From assembly GCA_016297695.1 (NCBI GenBank), contig JAEDGC010000001.1:23161-87160 (forward strand): DNA of 64,000 bases, read 5' to 3'. Under the pieces are notes generated by a model that saw nothing but the letters and a program-made list of their open reading frames with translations, had not been told where the DNA came from and did not search any database. Position 1 is the stretch's first letter. Every line of letters starts with the position of its first letter. A program made the translations under genes and the position numbers. Source of the DNA: Bacilli bacterium (GTDB taxonomy: Bacteria; Bacillota_I; Bacilli_A; RF39; UBA660). Positions 59,213 through 64,000 of the stretch are shown here, one piece after another.

Positions 59213-59237
59213 CATTTACCAAAATTTTTGGTATAAT
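59209..59237 (+). promoter_or_regulatory. perfect consensus promoter inside the tail operon
   Basis: TTGACA-TTTACCAAAATTTTTGG-TATAAT. Confidence 0.6.
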
Positions 59238-59270
59238 ATAAAAAAGAAGAGAAAAAAGGAGATAAAAGAT

Positions 59271-59801
59271 ATGAAGTTTTCAGAATTAAATCTTACAATA
59301 GACCAAAGTGTTACAGAAGTAACATTTAACAGTCAAACATTTAATGTATATAATTATTTACCAACAAGAGACAAGGCAAACCTAATTGAAATTACTTTAC
59401 AAGAAAGTTATGAACCAGAAGGTTGGTATAATCCTATTAAATTAGACTGGTTCTTTTATGCTAACATTGTTATGGTATATACTGATATTGAATTTGATAT
59501 TGAAGATGAAACAGATTTATCAGAATTTTATGATAAAGTAAAAACTTCTGGATTACTTGCGGAAGTTATTAAAGCAATTCCTAAAACAGAATATAATGAA
59601 TTATTTAAGATGATGGAAGATATGCTTACTGCTCGAAAAGAAGTTGAATCTTCAATTGTTAATAAACTTATTAATTTCCTTAGAACAGCCCCAGAAGAAA
59701 TGCAAAAACTTAATGAACTTGTAAAAGATTTTGATAAAGAAAAGTATCAGGAAGTTATGCGTTTTGCACAAGCCGCAAATGGTGGAAGAGAAATAAGCTG
59801 A
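59271..59801 (+). CDS. tail assembly chaperone (by position)
   Basis: ATG 59271 after AAAGGAGA. 176 aa, acidic. Immediately upstream of the tape measure gene. Confidence 0.45.
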   Translation: MKFSELNLTIDQSVTEVTFNSQTFNVYNYLPTRDKANLIEITLQESYEPEGWYNPIKLDWFFYANIVMVYTDIEFDIEDETDLSEFYDKVKTSGLLAEVIKAIPKTEYNELFKMMEDMLTARKEVESSIVNKLINFLRTAPEEMQKLNELVKDFDKEKYQEVMRFAQAANGGREIS

Positions 59802-59892
59802 TTGGACAAAATTATATAATCATAAAGCCTTTATTATTATTTATTAATAGTAGAGGCTTTATTTTTATATAAAGAAAAGGAGGAATAAGGAT

Positions 59893-62800
59893 ATGGCTAA
59901 TAGACGCATAGATTATACTATTGGCTTTAAACCCGATAAGACTAGTCTTAACTCAATTTATAATAGTCTTAAAGAAATTCAGCAGATGACTGCAAAAGAC
60001 TATATGCTTAAATTTAGTAAAAGTGATAATATTTATCAAGCAAGAGTAGAGTTAGAGGCTATTCAAGGACAAGTATTAAATATTGCAAATTCCTATTCTA
60101 AAAGTTTTGATTCAAAATTAGGAGTTGTAAATTTAAGAAATTTTGATAATGAGTTACAAAAATGCAATATACAATCTAAAGATTTATTTACGATTTTATC
60201 TAAAGTAGGTAAAGAAGATGTATTTAGTAATATTATTAAAGATTCTTTAACCGCAAATGTTCAATTAGAAAAAACTACAAGCTTTTTAGATAAAATGGGA
60301 GAAACTTTAACTTCAACTATTAGATGGGGCATTTCTTCTCGTTTAATGAACTCTTTTGTAGGTTCTGTTAAAGGTTCTTTTACATATATTAAAGAATTAG
60401 ATACTTCTTTAAGTAATATTCGTATAGTTACTGGTAAAAGTGCTGATGAAATGGCAACTTTTGCAAAAGAAGCTAATAAAGCTGCAAGCGCTTTAGGTTC
60501 AACAACTAAGACATATACTGATGCTTCTTTAATTTATTTCCAACAGGGTCTTTCTGATAGTGAAGTAAAAGCAAGGGCGGAGACTACATTAAAAGCAGCA
60601 AATGTTACTGGTCAAACCGGTGAGGAAGTTTCTGAACAATTAACTGCGGTATGGAATGGTTATAAAGTATCTGCTGCGGAAACAGAACTTTATGTAGATA
60701 AACTTGCAGCCGTTGCAGCTACAACTGCATCTGACCTTGAAGAATTATCTACTGGTATGTCTAAAGTTGCATCTGCCGCAAGTATTATGGGTGTTGATAT
60801 AGACCAATTAAATGGTATGCTATCAACAACTATATCTGTTACAAGACAGGCTCCAGAATCCGTAGGTACAGCCTTTAAAACAATTTTCGCCCGTATTGGT
60901 GATATTGAAGCTGGAAAAGGAGAAATTAGTTTAGGTGAATATACATCTAAAATGAAAGAAATTGGTTTCAATGTATTAGATGCAAATAATAAATTAAGAA
61001 ACCAGGGTCAAGTTATTGAAGAAATAGGTAGTAAATGGAATACTCTAAGTAGAGAACAGCAAATTGCATTAACGCAGACTATGGCTGGTGCAAGACAATA
61101 TAATAATCTATTAGCATTGTTTGATAACTGGAGTATGTATACTAAAGCTATTGAAACTTCTAAAAATGCAACTGGCACACTCCAAAAACAGCAAGATATC
61201 TATATGCAGTCTACAGAAGCTCATTTAAAGGAATTAACTGCTGCACAAGAACAATTTCAAGCGAGCTTATTAGATCCAAACACTATTAATGAAGTTGCTG
61301 ACGCTTTAAAAGCAATGTTTAATGTTTTTGCTAAAGGCGTTGATGCTTTAGGTGGCGGAGCTGGTGTTTTATTAAATTTTGGTTCTATACTGACACAAGT
61401 ATTTAGTAAACAAATTGCCGCAAATATTATGCCTATTGTTAATGGGTTCAAAGCAATGGGTAATCAATCTAAGGCAGTTCAACAAATAGTTGATAATGTT
61501 AAAACAATGGCTAATTTAGATAGCTTAGGTTCAAAAACAGCGATTCCAAACTTAGTAAAAAGAGTTGAGAGAGATATTAGTGCGCTTAATTATATGAATC
61601 CTCAACAACTTGAACAAATGATTGGATATTACACTAAAATAGCTGAGTTAGAAAGTGATCTTGAAGCTCATAATATAAGAAAAGGCGAAACAGCAGGAAA
61701 ATTAAATTTAATTAGTAAAGCTACTGGTGGAAAAGAAATTACAGCAGATACAAATTTTAACTCTACTGAAGTTAATCAGATGATAGATGATAGAGCTGGA
61801 AGAATAGACCAGTTCACAGTAAGTTTACAGCAAATAGAAGAACAAAGTGCGGCTTTATTAACAAAGAGTGGAGATAAACAAAAACAATTAGCTGAAAGCG
61901 TTGCTCAACAGGCTCAAGATTTATTAATAAATTTTAATAGTTTAAATGGACTTCAATTTTTTGACGAGAAACAATATAAAGCAACTGAACAAAGAATTAA
62001 AGAAATTCAGCAATTGGCTAATGAAGTTCTTAATCCAAAAACCCCAATAGATAAAGACACAGCTATAGATAACTTACCAAAAGAATTAAAGGAACAAATA
62101 GACGCAAGGAAAAAAGCTCTACTAAAAAATGGGCCTGCAGTAAAAGAAGGACGGTATCTTGTTTATAAAGATGAAAATGAAAATAAAATTACCAGTAAAG
62201 ACATAAAAGAGCAATTTATACAAGAGTATAATGATGGTATAAGAACATCGGTAGAAAATACTAATGCTCTTGGAGAAAAAATTAAAGAAATTGTCCAAGA
62301 TACACAAAGAGCAACAGAAGCTAATAAAGGTTTTGTAGAGACACTTGAAGAAGGAAAAACTCCAACAGAACAATTAAAAGGTGATATAGAAGCTGCTAAA
62401 AAGAATGCAGAAGCTTTAAAAAAATCAACAGATTTACAAAAAAATATCGACAGCGTAGTTCAATTAACAAGTAGTTTAGGCATGAGTATGTCTATAATGA
62501 ATAATATTGCTAATTTACCTAACATTTGGCAAAGTCAAGAGGATGGAGTTACAAAATTTGCTCAAATCAGTTTTAATTTAGCACAAACCGCAATTCCGGC
62601 TGTCGTATCAGGTATTAATACTATAGCAACAGCAACCACCGCACTTCAAGCCGCAATGGGCTGGATAGGTATTATAGGTATGGCTCTTGGTGCTATTGTA
62701 GGTATTTTCCAGGCAGTCGCAAATGCTCAAGAAAACGAAAGAAAAGCAAGAATAGAAAATAATAAAGCTATTATTGAAGAAAACAAACTCCGCCAAGAAG

Positions 62801-64000
62801 AAATAGATTCAAATACAGCTTTATGTAATAATTATATTGAATTAGAAAAAAAATATAAAAATGGAGATATTTCTAAAAAAGAATTATTATCTTCTACTGA
62901 TGAATTAATAGACGCTTATGATGTTGAAAATGGTAAGTTATATCAGTTAACTGGACAATATGATAAATTAGCTGAAGCAATTAAGAAAAAAAGGCTTGAA
63001 GAGGCTCGTGATAAAAGAGATATTGCAAAGTCTAGTTTAGAAGCAAATTTAGACACTTTTAAAGCAAATTCTGGTAATAAAGATTTAAATGAATTATTAT
63101 CAAAAAATATTTATTTTACAGAAGATGCGAATGATAAAAAATTATATCAAATTCAAGAGATATTTGAAAAAGCTGGCTTAAAAACACAAATAAGTACTAG
63201 TGCTATGTCTGGGGTAACAAGTTTAGATTTTATAAAAGATCAAGATGTTAATTTAAATGATCCAAATAATATTTTAAAACTGCAAAATGCAATACAAGAG
63301 CTTGCAGATAATTCATTATATGGAGAATTAAGCACTGAAGTCGGTGGCATATATACTATTCTTCATGGTTTTGTAGATAATGATACAACAGATTTAAAAC
63401 AATCCTTATTAGAAGCTAATCAAGCAGAATTTGAATTTCAAATTAAAGATAGCGATATAGAATCTATTACTTCTTATGAAGAATATGTTAAAGCATTAAA
63501 AACGTTACAGAACTCTATGAATATTAGCTCTGATGAATTTTATTCTCTTGTTGAAGGTTTAGGCACTACTTACTCATCAAGATTTGCAGCGCTTGAAAGA
63601 ATTTTAAATAATCCATTACAAACAGGAGTTTCAGAATTTTTAAAAAGTTTATCTGATGAAGATTTAGCTATTGCTGTAACATTAGGCATTAATGAGCAAG
63701 ATAGTGTTGAAAGCATAAAAGCAGCTATTGAAGCGGCTAAGCAACAATTGTCAACTAAAGATACAACTATTTTTGTTGATATTAGAGCTAAATTAGGAAC
63801 TGAAGATATAAAAGAAGCTAAAAACGAATTATCTGAATATGCTGATTTATTAGAAGATATTGAAGATAGAAGTTTATTTAGACAGGTAAACGCTCTTGAA
63901 GGTATTGAAGATACTATGTTAAATGATAATCAACAATATATACAAGATATGTTTTTATCTGATAAAGAAAAAGATGCTCAATTAGAAAAATATAAAGAAG
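59893..64000 (+). CDS. tail tape measure protein, 5' partial (runs off the window)
   Basis: Absent from the ORF track because it has no stop in the window. I translated about 1.6 kb from ATG 59893 (GGAGGA RBS) without a stop, and the absence of any + strand track ORF is consistent with it staying open to the edge. Contains the canonical TMP core ...ITGKSADEMATFAKEANKAASALGSTT...LAAVAATTASDLEELSTGMSKVASAA... Confidence 0.85.
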   Translation, partial: MANRRIDYTIGFKPDKTSLNSIYNSLKEIQQMTAKDYMLKFSKSDNIYQARVELEAIQGQVLNIANSYSKSFDSKLGVVNLRNFDNELQKCNIQSKDLFTILSKVGKEDVFSNIIKDSLTANVQLEKTTSFLDKMGETLTSTIRWGISSRLMNSFVGSVKGSFTYIKELDTSLSNIRIVTGKSADEMATFAKEANKAASALGSTTKTYTDASLIYFQQGLSDSEVKARAETTLKAANVTGQTGEEVSEQLTAVWNGYKVSAAETELYVDKLAAVAATTASDLEELSTGMSKVASAASIMGVDIDQLNGMLSTTISVTRQAPESVGTAFKTIFARIGDIEAGKGEISLGEYTSKMKEIGFNVLDANNKLRNQGQVIEEIGSKWNTLSREQQIALTQTMAGARQYNNLLALFDNWSMYTKAIETSKNATGTLQKQQDIYMQSTEAHLKELTAAQEQFQASLLDPNTINEVADALKAMFNVFAKGVDALGGGAGVLLNFGSILTQVFSKQIAANIMPIVNGFKAMGNQSKAVQQIVDNVKTMANLDSLGSKTAIPNLVKRVERDISALNYMNPQQLEQMIGYYTKIAELESDLEAHNIRKGETAGKLNLISKATGGKEITADTNFNSTEVNQMIDDRAGRIDQFTVSLQQIEEQSAALLTKSGDKQKQLAESVAQQAQDLLINFNSLNGLQFFDEKQYKATEQRIKEIQQLANEVLNPKTPIDKDTAIDNLPKELKEQIDARKKALLKNGPAVKEGRYLVYKDENENKITSKDIKEQFIQEYNDGIRTSVENTNALGEKIKEIVQDTQRATEANKGFVETLEEGKTPTEQLKGDIEAAKKNAEALKKSTDLQKNIDSVVQLTSSLGMSMSIMNNIANLPNIWQSQEDGVTKFAQISFNLAQTAIPAVVSGINTIATATTALQAAMGWIGIIGMALGAIVGIFQAVANAQENERKARIENNKAIIEENKLRQEEIDSNTALCNNYIELEKKYKNGDISKKELLSSTDELIDAYDVENGKLYQLTGQYDKLAEAIKKKRLEEARDKRDIAKSSLEANLDTFKANSGNKDLNELLSKNIYFTEDANDKKLYQIQEIFEKAGLKTQISTSAMSGVTSLDFIKDQDVNLNDPNNILKLQNAIQELADNSLYGELSTEVGGIYTILHGFVDNDTTDLKQSLLEANQAEFEFQIKDSDIESITSYEEYVKALKTLQNSMNISSDEFYSLVEGLGTTYSSRFAALERILNNPLQTGVSEFLKSLSDEDLAIAVTLGINEQDSVESIKAAIEAAKQQLSTKDTTIFVDIRAKLGTEDIKEAKNELSEYADLLEDIEDRSLFRQVNALEGIEDTMLNDNQQYIQDMFLSDKEKDAQLEKYKE

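Noticed and set aside
59271-59893. Programmed -1 frameshift (G/GT-type) at the end of the chaperone gene.
   Set aside because: No X XXY YYZ slippery heptamer was seen near the 3' end, and a hairpin with a T-rich tail separates it from the tape measure gene. A frameshift cannot be excluded, but the sequence does not support one.
1-64000. Alternative genetic code or stop-codon reassignment.
   Set aside because: All large structural and enzyme genes are open in the standard code, with normal stops followed by RBS-start pairs. No tRNA with a clear suppressor anticodon could be folded convincingly. The TTA-like loop at 17509-17587 has only a 3-bp stem.

Overview
This window is a segment of an AT-rich (roughly 30% GC by eye) tailed-phage genome. 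It has strong GGAGG-type RBSs and TTGACA-17-TATAAT promoters, which suggests a low-GC Gram-positive host (inference). There are three blocks. (1) 1-11.3 kb, + strand: tail fibres and a lysis cassette (membrane protein, holin, GH25 endolysin). (2) 11.3-42.0 kb, almost all - strand: about 55 small early/middle genes in many short promoter-terminator units, a putative replication-control/origin region (29.3-32.7 kb), and a 6-kb tRNA/RNA island (14.8-20.8 kb). (3) 42.3-64 kb, + strand: packaging, head and tail genes, namely an intron-split large terminase, portal, scaffold, major capsid, connector proteins, major tail protein, chaperone and a tape measure running off the right edge. The RNA island is the part most worth a second look. 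Three well-formed tRNA genes (Lys-UUU, Glu-UUC, and one with a UAA anticodon) are each interrupted in the anticodon loop, just after the sequence CTT, by inserts that are themselves tRNA-shaped (acceptor stem, T-arm, encoded CCA). One of these inserts carries an HNH endonuclease gene. A fourth tRNA (Pro-UGG) is split by a PD-(D/E)XK endonuclease ORF with no room for a ribozyme core. The island also holds a circularly permuted tRNA mimic, two large structured RNAs with group-I-like P/Q/R/S strings, a Ro60/TROVE-vWA-like protein and a T4-Pnk-like polynucleotide kinase. I read this as a candidate phage tRNA-splicing/repair or tRNA-mimicry system, but the function is inference only. All RNA folds, promoter calls and protein family assignments were made by eye and from memory, with no searches or folding programs.
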